The position numbers and the translations under genes were made by a program. A model generated the notes under the pieces. That model was not told where the DNA came from. It saw only the letters and a program-made list of their open reading frames with translations, and made no database searches. From positions 11,589 through 75,588 of the forward strand of contig CAZJAJ010000003.1 in assembly GCA_964544335.1 (NCBI GenBank): 64,000 bases of DNA. Reading direction: 5' to 3'. The DNA comes from an uncultured Methanosarcinales archaeon. Its GTDB lineage: Archaea > Nanobdellota > Nanobdellia > Woesearchaeales > JABIAG01. How positions within the stretch are numbered: the first letter of the stretch is position 1; the number at the start of each line of letters is the position of its first letter. Positions 29,021 to 38,886 of the stretch are shown here, piece after piece.

Positions 29021-31592
29021 CTGGTTTTGATGGTGCTGCGTTCTTTGCTTTTGGTTCTTGTGAATCATTTGCAGATTCTATTGTAATTTCTGCTTGAAAT
29101 TGTTCTTTTAGTGATTCAATTGAATCGTTAAGTAGTTTTTCTTCTGTTTCTTTGGAGATTGATGATACTCCTTTTTTAATTAAACTAGGTAGGATTCTTG
29201 TGATGTCTTTACTGTGTTCTTTAAGATCTGTTGACATTATTTTTCCAATAATGTCTTTGAAATCTCTGTTGTCATTTGAAAGTTCTTTGCCAACGAGTGC
29301 GTATAAGTCATACTTCCAATTTGGTGAAGTGATGAGTTTAATTGATGAGATGGTATCTAATTTTGCAAGTTCTTTTGCTGTACTAATATCGTCAGTTAGA
29401 TCTTTTGCGTATGCTTCTTGCTCTTCTAATTCAGGATTGATTTTTGATTCATCTGCTTTTGGCCAATCTGCTAGACTGATGAATGCACTGTTTCCTATTT
29501 TTTCCCAAAGCTCCTCTGTACTGTGAGGGCAGAAAGGTGACAACAGCTTTAGAAACGCCTCTAGTGTTTCTTTACTTTCTTCATCTTGGAGTAGGTCAAA
29601 AAAACCTCTTAGCTTGATTACTGCAAGATTGTATTTCATTTTTTCAATGTCTTCTGAGACGTCTCTTATGAGTGAGTTGATCTTGTGCTCGATGTATGGT
29701 GTTGATTTTCCTTGCTTTACTGTGCTGTAGTATTCAACAACTTTATCGAGGAATTTTACTGTCGATTGGAATCCTTTTTCTGACCAACTAAAATCTGAAT
29801 CAGGTGCTGCAACAGATACTAAAAATAAACGAAGAGGATCTGCACCATGCTCTTCTATAATATCGAGTGGATTGATTACGTTACCAAATGATTTGGACAT
29901 TTTTCTTCCATCTTCTGCATGTAGTAACCCTTGATTGAATACTCTGATTGCTGGTTCATCACATTGTACAAGACCAAGGTCTCTTAGAAACTTGGTGTAG
30001 AAACGTACGTAAATGAGGTGCATGCATGCGTGCTCTGCTCCTCCTATGTACATGTCAACAGGCATCCATTTGTTTGCTTGGTCTTTACTAAAAATTTCTT
30101 GAGCGTTATGCGGGTCTGTGTAACGTAATTGATACCATGAGGAATTAACAAAGGTGTCCATGGTGTCTGTTTCTCTCTTTGCTGGTTTTTGACACTTTGG
30201 ACATGTAGTGTTCACAAAAGATTCAGATGTTGCAAGCGGATTTCCATCACCAAAGGTAACATCATGAGGTAGTTTTACAGGTAGATTTTCATCAGGAACT
30301 GCACCACACTGCTCACAGTAGATGATTGGGATTGGTGTTCCCCAGTATCGCTGTCTTGATACTAGCCAGTCTCTTAGTCTGTAATTTGTGGTCTTTTTTC
30401 CTTTGCCTATTTCTTCTAATTTTTTAGTGATGTGTTCTTTTGCATCGCCACTTTGCATACCATCAAATTCACCTGAATTAATCAGTTTGCCATTGCCAGT
30501 AAATGCTTTTTCTGTTTCAGTATTTTCAATGACTACTTTAATTGGGATATCGTATTTTTTAGCAAAGTCATAGTCTCTTTGATCGTGTGCTGGAACTGCC
30601 ATGACCATTCCACTACCATAGTCGGCGAGTACAAAGTTACCCGCATATACTGGAATGTCTTCTCCTGTAATTGGATGCTGTGCGTGTGCTCCTGTAAAGA
30701 CTCCTTTCTTTTCTAGTTGATCAATGTCTTCTTGACTAACTGATGATTGTTCTGATGCAAATGCTTCTACGTCTGCTTTTTGCTTATTTGTTGTGATCTC
30801 TAGTAATCGTGGATGTTGTGCTGAGATTACTAAGAAGGTCACACCCATGAGTGTATCTGGTCTTGTGGTAAAGACGTTCCAGATATCTCCATTAATGGTG
30901 AAGGTAACTTCTGATCCGTGGCTTTTTCCAATCCAATTGGTTTGTAGTTTGGTTATTTTTTCGGGCCACTGCTCTAACTTTGACATGTCATTGAGTTCTT
31001 CTGCATATTGTGTTGTTTTGAAGTACCATTGTGATAGAGATTTTACTTCTACTTTTGTGTCTTCGTGTCTCCAACATACTCCGTTTTGTACTTGTTCATT
31101 TGCAAGTACTGTGTTACATTTTGGACACCAATTTACTGGTGATTCTTTTTTGTATGCTAGTCCTTTTTTGAACAATTCAAGAAAGATCCACTGATCCCAC
31201 TTGTAGTAGTTTGGATCGGATGTGTTAATTAATCTAGACCAGTCATAACTGTATCCTAATGCTTTTAGTTGTTTTGTGAAATTAAGAATGGATGCTTTGG
31301 TGTATTCTTCAGGATGCGTTCCTGCTTTAATTGCTGCATTCTCTGCTGGAAGTCCTAGTGCATCATACCCCATTGGATGAAGTACGTTGTATCCTTCCAT
31401 GAATTTTTTTCTTGCGTAAATATCACCAATGCCATAGTTTACTGCGTGACCAATGTGAAGTCCAGCACCGCTTGGGTATGGGAACATCTCTAGTGCGTAG
31501 AAGGTTGGTTTGTCGTCTTTGTTTGCTTCAAAGATTTTTGCTTCTTCCCATTTTTGTTGCCATTTCTGTTCTATTTCACGCTTTGCTGTCAT
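29004..31592 (-). CDS. leuS: leucine--tRNA ligase (bacterial-type core)
   Basis: MFPYPSG..HIGH, FTTRPDT, DWLVSRQRYWGTPIP and KMSKS. Confidence 0.97.
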   Translation of the reverse strand: MTAKREIEQKWQQKWEEAKIFEANKDDKPTFYALEMFPYPSGAGLHIGHAVNYGIGDIYARKKFMEGYNVLHPMGYDALGLPAENAAIKAGTHPEEYTKASILNFTKQLKALGYSYDWSRLINTSDPNYYKWDQWIFLELFKKGLAYKKESPVNWCPKCNTVLANEQVQNGVCWRHEDTKVEVKSLSQWYFKTTQYAEELNDMSKLEQWPEKITKLQTNWIGKSHGSEVTFTINGDIWNVFTTRPDTLMGVTFLVISAQHPRLLEITTNKQKADVEAFASEQSSVSQEDIDQLEKKGVFTGAHAQHPITGEDIPVYAGNFVLADYGSGMVMAVPAHDQRDYDFAKKYDIPIKVVIENTETEKAFTGNGKLINSGEFDGMQSGDAKEHITKKLEEIGKGKKTTNYRLRDWLVSRQRYWGTPIPIIYCEQCGAVPDENLPVKLPHDVTFGDGNPLATSESFVNTTCPKCQKPAKRETDTMDTFVNSSWYQLRYTDPHNAQEIFSKDQANKWMPVDMYIGGAEHACMHLIYVRFYTKFLRDLGLVQCDEPAIRVFNQGLLHAEDGRKMSKSFGNVINPLDIIEEHGADPLRLFLVSVAAPDSDFSWSEKGFQSTVKFLDKVVEYYSTVKQGKSTPYIEHKINSLIRDVSEDIEKMKYNLAVIKLRGFFDLLQDEESKETLEAFLKLLSPFCPHSTEELWEKIGNSAFISLADWPKADESKINPELEEQEAYAKDLTDDISTAKELAKLDTISSIKLITSPNWKYDLYALVGKELSNDNRDFKDIIGKIMSTDLKEHSKDITRILPSLIKKGVSSISKETEEKLLNDSIESLKEQFQAEITIESANDSQEPKAKNAAPSKPAILLA

Positions 31593-31623
31593 GAGAAAAA
31601 GGTGGAATGGATGATATTTAAAG

Positions 31624-32232
31624 TTATTGCGTCTTTCTATAGAATTGTTTGAGATAGGTTGTTCCTTTATACTCTACATGCTCATCATCTATGAGCGTTA
31701 AATCACTAAATACTTCTGTTAACTCATCATCTTGCCAGAATGAGAAATATCGTTCTTGGTTTGGATCGTGTGGGTCTTGAACCATTCTTTCTCCCCTGCC
31801 TTGCTTCATGCATACATAGAGTAAACCATTTTCTTTAAGTATTCTGTGAATGTTTAATGCAACACCGGGTAAGTCTTTTTTAGGAATGTGGAGTAGTGAT
31901 GACACTGCCCATACGCCATTAAAGCTTTGGTCTGGAAAATCTATTTTTTCTGCATCCATTACTTTTGCAGTAAGTCCTTTTTGTTTGCATCGTTCAACCA
32001 TTGATGGTGAAATGTCAACACATGTTACATCTAGTCCCTTATCGCTAAAAAATGCGGCATGATCACCTGCTCCAGCACCTATGTCAAGTACTTTATTTCC
32101 ATGAAGGAGATTGAGAAATGTATCAAATTCTTTTCTTTCTGGAAGACTCATTAATTGTCTAAATTTTTCAGCAAACACATCGGGGTGGGCTTCATATGCT
32201 TGAATCGTTCTTGCTTTGTAATCATCTTCCAT
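31624..32232 (-). CDS. class I SAM-dependent methyltransferase
   Basis: VLDIGAGAG and WAVSSLLHIP. Confidence 0.88.
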   Translation of the reverse strand: MEDDYKARTIQAYEAHPDVFAEKFRQLMSLPERKEFDTFLNLLHGNKVLDIGAGAGDHAAFFSDKGLDVTCVDISPSMVERCKQKGLTAKVMDAEKIDFPDQSFNGVWAVSSLLHIPKKDLPGVALNIHRILKENGLLYVCMKQGRGERMVQDPHDPNQERYFSFWQDDELTEVFSDLTLIDDEHVEYKGTTYLKQFYRKTQ

Positions 32233-32257
32233 TTGTTATAGAAGACATGTTGCCTTT

Positions 32258-32674
32258 TTATTGATTATTGATGGTGTATGTGAGTATTCCCTTTACATCT
32301 TCAAATCCTTGTTTGAGGTAGAAGTCTTTTGCGTGCTGGGTTTTTACAATAATTTTGAGATTTTTCTTTGCGGTGCTCCATCGTTTAATCATTTCAACCA
32401 GGTATGTACCTACTTGTTTTTTGCGATAGTCTTCAAGGACAAAGAGATTGATTATTTCTGCGTGATCGGTGTTGTTTTGTGCAATGATAAATCCAATTGG
32501 AACGTCTTCTGTTGTTGAGGCAATAAGTACCATTGCTTCAGGTTCAAATACGTATGAGCGTAAATCGTCTTCAGAAAGGGTTGCATTTTCTTCTACTTCT
32601 TTACCAAGCAGTACATGAAAATCTTTTATTGCTTCTATGTGACCAAAAGATGCTTGTTCAAGATGAAATCTCAT
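32258..32674 (-). CDS. GNAT-family N-acetyltransferase
   Basis: LFVLEDYRKKQVG and AKDFYLKQGF. Confidence 0.85.
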   Translation of the reverse strand: MRFHLEQASFGHIEAIKDFHVLLGKEVEENATLSEDDLRSYVFEPEAMVLIASTTEDVPIGFIIAQNNTDHAEIINLFVLEDYRKKQVGTYLVEMIKRWSTAKKNLKIIVKTQHAKDFYLKQGFEDVKGILTYTINNQ

Positions 32675-32699
32675 AAGAATAAAAAGAAAAAGAGGCTAT

Positions 32700-32894
32700 T
32701 TAAGCCTTTTTGAATTCTGCAATGGTATCGATTAGATCCACGTGGCCGATCATTTGAGATCTGCAGCAGAATCGTTCAATGTTTAAATCGTCCAGTGCTT
32801 TTCTTACGCCATCTTTTTTGGACTTTTCTTGAAAGTCTTCATATAGATGGGAAAGTGGTTTTCCGCAACTGAAACATCTCATTGGTACAATCAT
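32700..32894 (-). CDS. rpoN: RNA polymerase subunit N (Rpo10)
   Basis: MIVPMRCFSCGK...RFCCR. Confidence 0.95.
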   Translation of the reverse strand: MIVPMRCFSCGKPLSHLYEDFQEKSKKDGVRKALDDLNIERFCCRSQMIGHVDLIDTIAEFKKA

Positions 32895-32908
32895 TTTTAT
32901 TTTCCTCT

Positions 32909-33316
32909 TTAACGGTAAGACTTTTGTCTTTTTGCTCTAGCTCGACCGCGGCAATTTGGTTTTCGTTCTTCTCTTTTACGAACGTCTGCAACAAGTAGCC
33001 TTCTGTCGTAGTCTAGGAATGATTTTTCTAGTTTTTCATCACTTTCAACAAGTGCTTTTGCAATTGCTTGAGCTACTGCTTCTGCTCTTGCATTTACACC
33101 GCCACCGTTTACTGATACGCTAATATCAATCTTTTTTACTGCATCTGGTGCAATAAGAAGTGGTGTTTGAATTTTTAGTCGTGCCATTCTTGGCTCGATG
33201 TGATCTACATGCTCGTTGTTAACTGTAACTACGCCTGTTCCTGCTTTGATGGTTGCTCGTGCAACTGCAGTTTTTCTTGCTCCGGATGCAATGATATTCT
33301 TTTGTTTTTTACTCAT
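32909..33316 (-). CDS. rps9: 30S ribosomal protein uS9
   Basis: GARKTAVA, GGG and RQKSYR C-terminus. Confidence 0.96.
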   Translation of the reverse strand: MSKKQKNIIASGARKTAVARATIKAGTGVVTVNNEHVDHIEPRMARLKIQTPLLIAPDAVKKIDISVSVNGGGVNARAEAVAQAIAKALVESDEKLEKSFLDYDRRLLVADVRKREERKPNCRGRARAKRQKSYR

Positions 33317-33732
33317 AGTTCTTTGCCTCCAAGTAGTTTACATACTTCAGCAACAGTGGTGTACTTTGAAACCATAGAGTTTTCAATGTGTGCTGCTTCA
33401 ATTGTTTCTAGTTTTACGTCTTTAAACTGAGCAGGAATACCTTTGTAGCATTTTACTCTGTCAAGTGCGCTTCTTCCTTTTTCTTGTTTGTATGGAAGCA
33501 TTCCACGAATACATCGTTTTACAAACTTAGTAGGAATTCTTGGGTAATAAGGACCAATTAGAGGAGCTCCTCGCTCTCTTCGTTGTTTGTATTTTTCAAA
33601 TACTTTTTTCTTATCACCAGTGATGATTATTTTTTCTACATTGAAGATGTTCACTTCGTTTCCAAGCAAAGCTGCCTTTGCTGCAACGGTTGCTAATCTT
33701 CCAATTCTTAGGTCTGATGCGTCGATATTCAT
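33313..33732 (-). CDS. rpl13: 50S ribosomal protein uL13
   Basis: IDAS..IGRLAT and IRGMLPYK. Confidence 0.96.
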   Translation of the reverse strand: MNIDASDLRIGRLATVAAKAALLGNEVNIFNVEKIIITGDKKKVFEKYKQRRERGAPLIGPYYPRIPTKFVKRCIRGMLPYKQEKGRSALDRVKCYKGIPAQFKDVKLETIEAAHIENSMVSKYTTVAEVCKLLGGKEL

Positions 33733-33733
33733 T

Positions 33734-34096
33734 TTATCCTAGGATCCTCAAGGTGGAAGCTTTTGGGTTTTTCTTAAGAAGTTCTTCAATACTGAGTACT
33801 TCACCCTTTGCTTCAAGGACTTTGTCCTTTGCTGACTGAGATATTGCAAAAGCTGCAACACTCACTTTTTTGTCAAGATCGCCATCACCAAGTAGTTTTC
33901 CAGGAACTACAAGGATTTGACCTTCTACTGCATTTACATTTACGCGTGATAGATTAACTACTCTTCGTTGTCTTGATGGTTTTTCAAGATCAGTAGCAAT
34001 TTTCTTCCATACGCCTGCTTTATCAGCGATTGCTTTTTTCTTAAGTTCTTCAAGCAATACTTTTAGTTGATAGTTTGTTGGACCAGTTCGCTTCAT
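33734..34096 (-). CDS. rpl18e: 50S ribosomal protein eL18
   Basis: VNLSRV, VVPGKLLGDG and NPKAS. Confidence 0.95.
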   Translation of the reverse strand: MKRTGPTNYQLKVLLEELKKKAIADKAGVWKKIATDLEKPSRQRRVVNLSRVNVNAVEGQILVVPGKLLGDGDLDKKVSVAAFAISQSAKDKVLEAKGEVLSIEELLKKNPKASTLRILG

Positions 34097-34097
34097 T

Positions 34098-34877
34098 TTA
34101 ACTAAATACCTTCTCAAATTCGTTTAGCGTTTCAGTGAACGTATCACATGCTGTTTCAAGTACTTCTACAGGGCCAAGTTGTCCCCATGACTCAAAACTA
34201 AAGATTAATTCTTCAGGATTTTCGGTGATCTCTACACTTCCTTCTGGTACTAGTGGAAGGCAAGTATCCCACATAAATCCTTTTGTTTCATCTTGTGGCA
34301 CGAGTTTTCCTTTTTGTGCTTTAAAGACGCCCACTGGGCAATTCTTTACTACTTCTTCTGCATTGTCAAGGTCTTTTGTTTGCTTGAAGTTGTACGTGTG
34401 TGTGTACCAAGCAAGACCTGGTGCAAATTTCATGTGCTTTTTTCCTCTTCCAAGGATTGCTGTTGCTTCAAGTTCAATTTCTTGTCCTTTTAGCAGCTTT
34501 GCAATGATCATTTTAGGGTATACTGGTTTTACCTTTGGATCTTTTGATTTAATGTCAGATGCGTATACTGTGCAAGGACCTTTTGCTTGTAGTGTTAACT
34601 TTAGCTGGTACTTGAGTGCGTTTGCATCTTCATCAAGATCTTCCGGTGCAACTTCGTATGATTTTAGATCGGTTGATAGTGGAATGAGGCCTAGTCTATG
34701 TGCAAGCATTTCATCGTAGAGTGCAGATGAGTTTTCTCTAATTTCTACATCTTCGATTGCCATGGTTGGAACGGTTTCAAGTATTTCTCTTCGAACCATG
34801 TTTGCAAATGATGGCTGCATACTTACTTTGAAGGATACTTTACCATCTTTGATTTTGCCAAGTTGTTCTAGTTTCAT
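34098..34877 (-). CDS. rpoD: RNA polymerase subunit D (Rpo3)
   Basis: [23 protein letters not shown] and GKKHMKF. Confidence 0.96.
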   Translation of the reverse strand: MKLEQLGKIKDGKVSFKVSMQPSFANMVRREILETVPTMAIEDVEIRENSSALYDEMLAHRLGLIPLSTDLKSYEVAPEDLDEDANALKYQLKLTLQAKGPCTVYASDIKSKDPKVKPVYPKMIIAKLLKGQEIELEATAILGRGKKHMKFAPGLAWYTHTYNFKQTKDLDNAEEVVKNCPVGVFKAQKGKLVPQDETKGFMWDTCLPLVPEGSVEITENPEELIFSFESWGQLGPVEVLETACDTFTETLNEFEKVFS

Positions 34878-35272
34878 ACTCTTCGACCTCTTCGACCGCC
34901 TTTTGCTCTACATCCACCGTGAGGCACTGGTGTTACATCTTCGATAACGCCAATTCTCATTCCTCTTCGGGAAAGTGTTCTGATTGCAGCTTGTGCACCA
35001 GGTCCTGGATTCATTGGGCCGTTGTGACCACCAGGAGCTCGTGTTTTCACGTGAATTGCGGTAATGCCTTTGTCACGTGCTTCTTGAGCTGCTTTGTTTG
35101 CTGCTTGCATTGCTGCAGTTGGAGAACTTTCAAGTCTGTCTGACTTTACTACTTGTCCACCTGATGCTAGTGCAATGGTTTCAGAACCAGTGATGTCTGT
35201 AATATGAATTATTGTGTTATTGTATGAGGAATAAATGTGTGCAATACCCCATCTGATTTTATCCTTACTCAT
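34874..35272 (-). CDS. rps11: 30S ribosomal protein uS11
   Basis: [20 protein letters not shown] and IEDVTPVPH. Confidence 0.97.
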   Translation of the reverse strand: MSKDKIRWGIAHIYSSYNNTIIHITDITGSETIALASGGQVVKSDRLESSPTAAMQAANKAAQEARDKGITAIHVKTRAPGGHNGPMNPGPGAQAAIRTLSRRGMRIGVIEDVTPVPHGGCRAKGGRRGRRV

Positions 35273-35915
35273 TTTTCACCTCTTCTGCTTTCTCTTCAGC
35301 TGGTGCTTCTGCTGATTCTTCTGCAGGAGCTGTAGACTCTTCTTTTGATTCTTCCTTTGCAGGTTTGATTTTTTCCATTTCAGCTGCAAGTTCTTCTTTT
35401 TCTTTGATGAATCGTTCAGGATGTTCTTCGTTGTCAAGTGCTGAGGTTTGTCTAAAGCCTACAGCGTTTTCTTCTTCAACAGTAACTAGGTATGATGGAC
35501 TGGTAATTGCCTTTCCATTTACTGTTACGTGTTTGTGTGTAATGAATTGTCTTGCTTGTTTTGGTGTTCGTGCAAGTCCTTTTTCAACAAGAACGGATTG
35601 TAGTCTTCGTTTTGCAAGATCTTGAACATTAATTTCAAGTACTGCATCGTAGGATACTTCGCTTGTTAGTAGTCCTAGACGTTTTAGTCTTGCAAATAGC
35701 TGTTCAGTCTCTTTTTTAGACTGCTCAGTTGGAGATGCGGAAAGCTCTTTTGCTTTACGTTTGAAACGTGAGAGCACAGAGTGTACTTTCCAGATTTCAG
35801 CTTTATTTTTGAAACCAAATTCTTTGGTGAGTTCTTTTTCTTCAAGGATACGAGTTTTTTGCCAAGGATGAGATGGCGTTTCGTATTTTTTTCTTAGTTT
35901 TTTTGGATGGCCCAT
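35265..35915 (-). CDS. rps4: 30S ribosomal protein uS4
   Basis: [13 protein letters not shown] and [10 protein letters not shown]. Confidence 0.96.
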   Translation of the reverse strand: MGHPKKLRKKYETPSHPWQKTRILEEKELTKEFGFKNKAEIWKVHSVLSRFKRKAKELSASPTEQSKKETEQLFARLKRLGLLTSEVSYDAVLEINVQDLAKRRLQSVLVEKGLARTPKQARQFITHKHVTVNGKAITSPSYLVTVEEENAVGFRQTSALDNEEHPERFIKEKEELAAEMEKIKPAKEESKEESTAPAEESAEAPAEEKAEEVKNE

Positions 35916-35916
35916 T

Positions 35917-36372
35917 CTACTTCTTCCTCTTTACGCTGGCAACTTTGCCCTTATTTCTTCTGAAGTTTGACTTGGTTCTTTGACCACGTACAGGAAGACC
36001 CCATTGGTGTCTTAGACCAATGTATGACTTCATCTTCTTGAGAACTTTGATGTCTTCTTCTCTTACATAACGCACATCGGTTGTGGATATGTGCTTATCA
36101 ACGCCCGTTTCTGGTTCGTTTCTTCTGTTTAGCATCCACACTGGGATTCCTGCTTTAACAGGATCTTCCAGAAGCTTTTCGATTTTAGCAATTCCTTCGT
36201 CGCCAAGATCTAGTGCTTTACCAAATTTGTCAAGTTTGAGTACTTTACAAATTGCGTTAGAGAACATAATACCTACGCCCTTTATCCCCGTTAGGGCAAA
36301 GAGTACTTGCTTATCACCGTCAATATCGGTGTTTGCAATACGGATTAAATTTTCGATGTATTTTTTTGCCAT
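35917..36372 (-). CDS. rps13: 30S ribosomal protein uS13
   Basis: ALTGIKGVG, PVWMLNR and GLPVRGQRTKSN. Confidence 0.97.
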   Translation of the reverse strand: MAKKYIENLIRIANTDIDGDKQVLFALTGIKGVGIMFSNAICKVLKLDKFGKALDLGDEGIAKIEKLLEDPVKAGIPVWMLNRRNEPETGVDKHISTTDVRYVREEDIKVLKKMKSYIGLRHQWGLPVRGQRTKSNFRRNKGKVASVKRKK

Positions 36373-36386
36373 TTTCAATAGTTGTT

Positions 36387-36441
36387 AGAACGCGCTGTAT
36401 TTTCTAGTCCTTGAAAGCGCGCCCTGTTGGACTCGGACTAA
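36387..36441 (-). promoter_or_regulatory. putative pseudoknotted 5' leader of the rps13 operon
   Basis: Interleaved stems TTAGTCC/GGACTAG and AGGGCGCGCT/AGCGCGTTCT between the TATA box (36466-36473) and the ATG. Confidence 0.55.
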
Positions 36442-36481
36442 TTAACATTGAAGAAAAAGGAGTCATTTATAAAGGTTGCCG

Positions 36482-36907
36482 TTAGGCAATTTGGCGGAAT
36501 ATGTGCGTTATTTCGCTTGTAGCACCACATTGTGCTATTAATGACTGAATGACGAGGGTTTGGTGTTTATGATGAGCTTCGAGTAGTCGATTATATTCGC
36601 GTTCATCCATCATTGCAAGCACATAATTGTTTTTCAGATGTTTAATACTACTATTTCCTTGATCAAGTATGTCCGTTCCTGTAAGTATCCCTTGAGGTAA
36701 GACTACCGTATCACTTGCTTGCCTTGTCTTGGGATTTCTAAACTGTTCTGGTAAAAATCCAATGAGTACGGATTTTTCATGTGATCCTACCTTATGTAGA
36801 TAATAGAACTGATGTTCTTTGTATGCAAGATAGACAGAACCTGACTTTGTGTAGAAAATAAACGATTGAATTTCTTTGTTTTCGTCTTTTTTACTGAATA
36901 ATCCCAT
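36482..36907 (-). CDS. hypothetical protein
   Basis: 141-aa ATG ORF filling the gap. Confidence 0.6.
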   Translation of the reverse strand: MGLFSKKDENKEIQSFIFYTKSGSVYLAYKEHQFYYLHKVGSHEKSVLIGFLPEQFRNPKTRQASDTVVLPQGILTGTDILDQGNSSIKHLKNNYVLAMMDEREYNRLLEAHHKHQTLVIQSLIAQCGATSEITHIFRQIA

Positions 36908-36949
36908 TCTGGTGTAGAGTTTGTTTGAGTATTTAATTGTTTGTAGAAT

Positions 36950-37429
36950 TTATGCGTCTTCTTTCTTTTCAAAGACAATGTTGAGAACATGTTTTGCCCA
37001 ATCATCGAGCATATGATAATATTCGCCCATGAGGTCAATGTTGAAGACGTATTCTTCACCTTCAACTGTGGCAGTCATTGCCACGTGGCGTCTGAATTCT
37101 TCAGATTTGGTGTAGGTTTGTCTTCTTGCTTTTCTTAGAAAGAAAAAGAGCTCGTATGCATCCTGAATTTTTTCATCATCAGGATAGAGTTCTTTTACGG
37201 TGTTGATTTTATCAATGAGATTGTCTGGAATAAAGTGAAGATCATCTTTGTCTTTGTGGTATTGGAGAAGGAGAACGGTCATGTGCTCAATGGTGATGAC
37301 GATTCTATCAATGAGGTTTCTAATGACGTCTACTGTTCTCGTATATTTGAGACTTACATAGTAAGAATGTTCTGCTCTTCGAAGGGAGCCTCTGAGTTCC
37401 TCGATAAGTTCTTCTAGATGTTCGTTCAC
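36950..37429 (-). CDS. hypothetical helical protein
   Basis: 159-aa GTG ORF in the secG-nac gene string. Confidence 0.7.
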   Translation of the reverse strand: MNEHLEELIEELRGSLRRAEHSYYVSLKYTRTVDVIRNLIDRIVITIEHMTVLLLQYHKDKDDLHFIPDNLIDKINTVKELYPDDEKIQDAYELFFFLRKARRQTYTKSEEFRRHVAMTATVEGEEYVFNIDLMGEYYHMLDDWAKHVLNIVFEKKEDA

Positions 37430-37433
37430 GGGT

Positions 37434-37802
37434 TTAAAAGGTAAGCTCCATCTCTATAAATACTTTTGCCTTCTTAAAGTATAAAAGGGCCTGATTTTCT
37501 GTAATTGACGTTGCATGATAGCTTTCATCAAAAAATATGAGTTTGTCTTTTTTTGCCAGCTCTACCATTGCTTCTTTTTGTTCTTGTATGAGTTGGTGTA
37601 GTTCTTTTAGTGTATGTACTTCTTCACTGTATTTTGGGTTTGTTTGTAATTTGAGAAGTTGTTCTTCAAACGTGTCTCCAAGAGGTGCTATTTTTTCCTT
37701 CATTGCCTCATAACAATGTGTGATTATTGGAAATAATAGCTTTGTGTCTTTTGCAAATGTATAGACATAGAAAAATTGAGCTGCAATTGCAAGATTATTC
37801 AT
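37434..37802 (-). CDS. hypothetical helical protein
   Basis: ATG overlaps the nac stop; resembles the downstream ORF. Confidence 0.65.
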   Translation of the reverse strand: MNNLAIAAQFFYVYTFAKDTKLLFPIITHCYEAMKEKIAPLGDTFEEQLLKLQTNPKYSEEVHTLKELHQLIQEQKEAMVELAKKDKLIFFDESYHATSITENQALLYFKKAKVFIEMELTF

Positions 37803-38133
37803 CTTGGAGTTGAATAATTGCCTCTGCAAGATCGCCTGTTTTCTTTAGTGCTTCTCTTGCTGCTGCTTCTGATACGCCTGTTTGAGCAACGATGGTTTGT
37901 ACATCTTCTTCTGAGATTTGTACTTCAGATGTTTTTTCACGCTCGTGTGCTTGTCCAACTATTTGATAGGTTTCTTGACCCATCATGTTTACTTTAGAAA
38001 CTTGAGGATTGGTAATGACGATTTCTTTGTCTTCAGATTTGATGATTACTTCAGTTGCAGGGATGTCTATTTGTGTCATACCTAGCTGCTTCATCATCTG
38101 CTGCATTTTTTTGGGATTCATTCCTGGAATCAT
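37795..38133 (-). CDS. nac: nascent polypeptide-associated complex protein
   Basis: MNPKKMQQMMKQLG, GQETYQIVG and UBA-like GDLAEAI. Confidence 0.94.
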   Translation of the reverse strand: MIPGMNPKKMQQMMKQLGMTQIDIPATEVIIKSEDKEIVITNPQVSKVNMMGQETYQIVGQAHEREKTSEVQISEEDVQTIVAQTGVSEAAAREALKKTGDLAEAIIQLQDE

Positions 38134-38134
38134 C

Positions 38135-38293
38135 TTATGCAAACATGTGCAATAGCACCATTAATACGATTACTGCAACACATAGAATAATTACATGCAT
38201 TGGTTGGAGTTCAATTGATGATTTGTATTCATCAAAATATCTTACCAGGCCACCGATTCCGGAAGGCATTGATACTTTGTTGTCTTTTGCCAT
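38135..38293 (-). CDS. secG: preprotein translocase subunit Sec61beta (archaeal SecG)
   Basis: Manual translation MAKDNKVSMPSGIGGLVRYFDEYKSSIELQP plus a TM helix (52 aa, below the ORF cutoff). Confidence 0.9.
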   Translation of the reverse strand: MAKDNKVSMPSGIGGLVRYFDEYKSSIELQPMHVIILCVAVIVLMVLLHMFA

Positions 38294-38330
38294 AAAGAAA
38301 AAGAAGAGGTATTTTCTATATAAAGTTATC

Positions 38331-38723
38331 TTATTGGGTGTGCTTATCTATGATTCCTTTAATATTTGGTCTAAAGTAGTTTGGTCCTTTGAGGACTTTG
38401 CCATCTTCTCTTAATATTGGCTTGCCATCTTCGCCGAGTTTGCTCATGTTGGAATTGTGCACTTCTGAGAATACTTCGTCAAGTGGTATGCCATAGGATA
38501 CTGCTGTTCCATTGATGATGTAGATCATATCTGCTAGTGCGTCTGCAATTCCTACGATGTCATTTTCCTTTTCTGCTTCAACGTACTCTTGCCATTCTTC
38601 TTCTAGGAGTGCGAATCTGAGTTTTCTAATGTCTTCTTTTGGGAGCGTTGGTTTTTCTTCGATGTGTGCGTTGTAGATGTTGTGAAAGTCACGTACTTTT
38701 TCGTATTGTGTTTTGTTGTCCAT
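38331..38723 (-). CDS. MazG-like nucleoside triphosphate pyrophosphohydrolase
   Basis: EEEWQE, DALAD, EVHNSNMSKL and DGKVLKGPNY. Confidence 0.88.
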   Translation of the reverse strand: MDNKTQYEKVRDFHNIYNAHIEEKPTLPKEDIRKLRFALLEEEWQEYVEAEKENDIVGIADALADMIYIINGTAVSYGIPLDEVFSEVHNSNMSKLGEDGKPILREDGKVLKGPNYFRPNIKGIIDKHTQ

Positions 38724-38787
38724 GATGTGTTTTTGGAAGAGAGGTGATATAAATATTTTGTAAAAAGAAAATAAGAAGAAGAAAAAA

Positions 38788-38813
38788 TAAGAAGAAGATA
38801 AGCCACCATCTGT
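38788..38813 (-). repeat. degenerate direct copy of the RNase P RNA 3' end
   Basis: TAAGAAGAAGATAAGCCACCATCTGT versus TAAGAAGAAGGTAAGCCGCCTTCTGT at 38887-38912 (3 mismatches in 26 nt). Confidence 0.75.
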
Positions 38814-38886
38814 CTACAGTTTCGACTGTAGGCTACGAAATCCATCTGCGCTACGCTTGATTGGATAAAAAAGGATAAAAGAAAAA

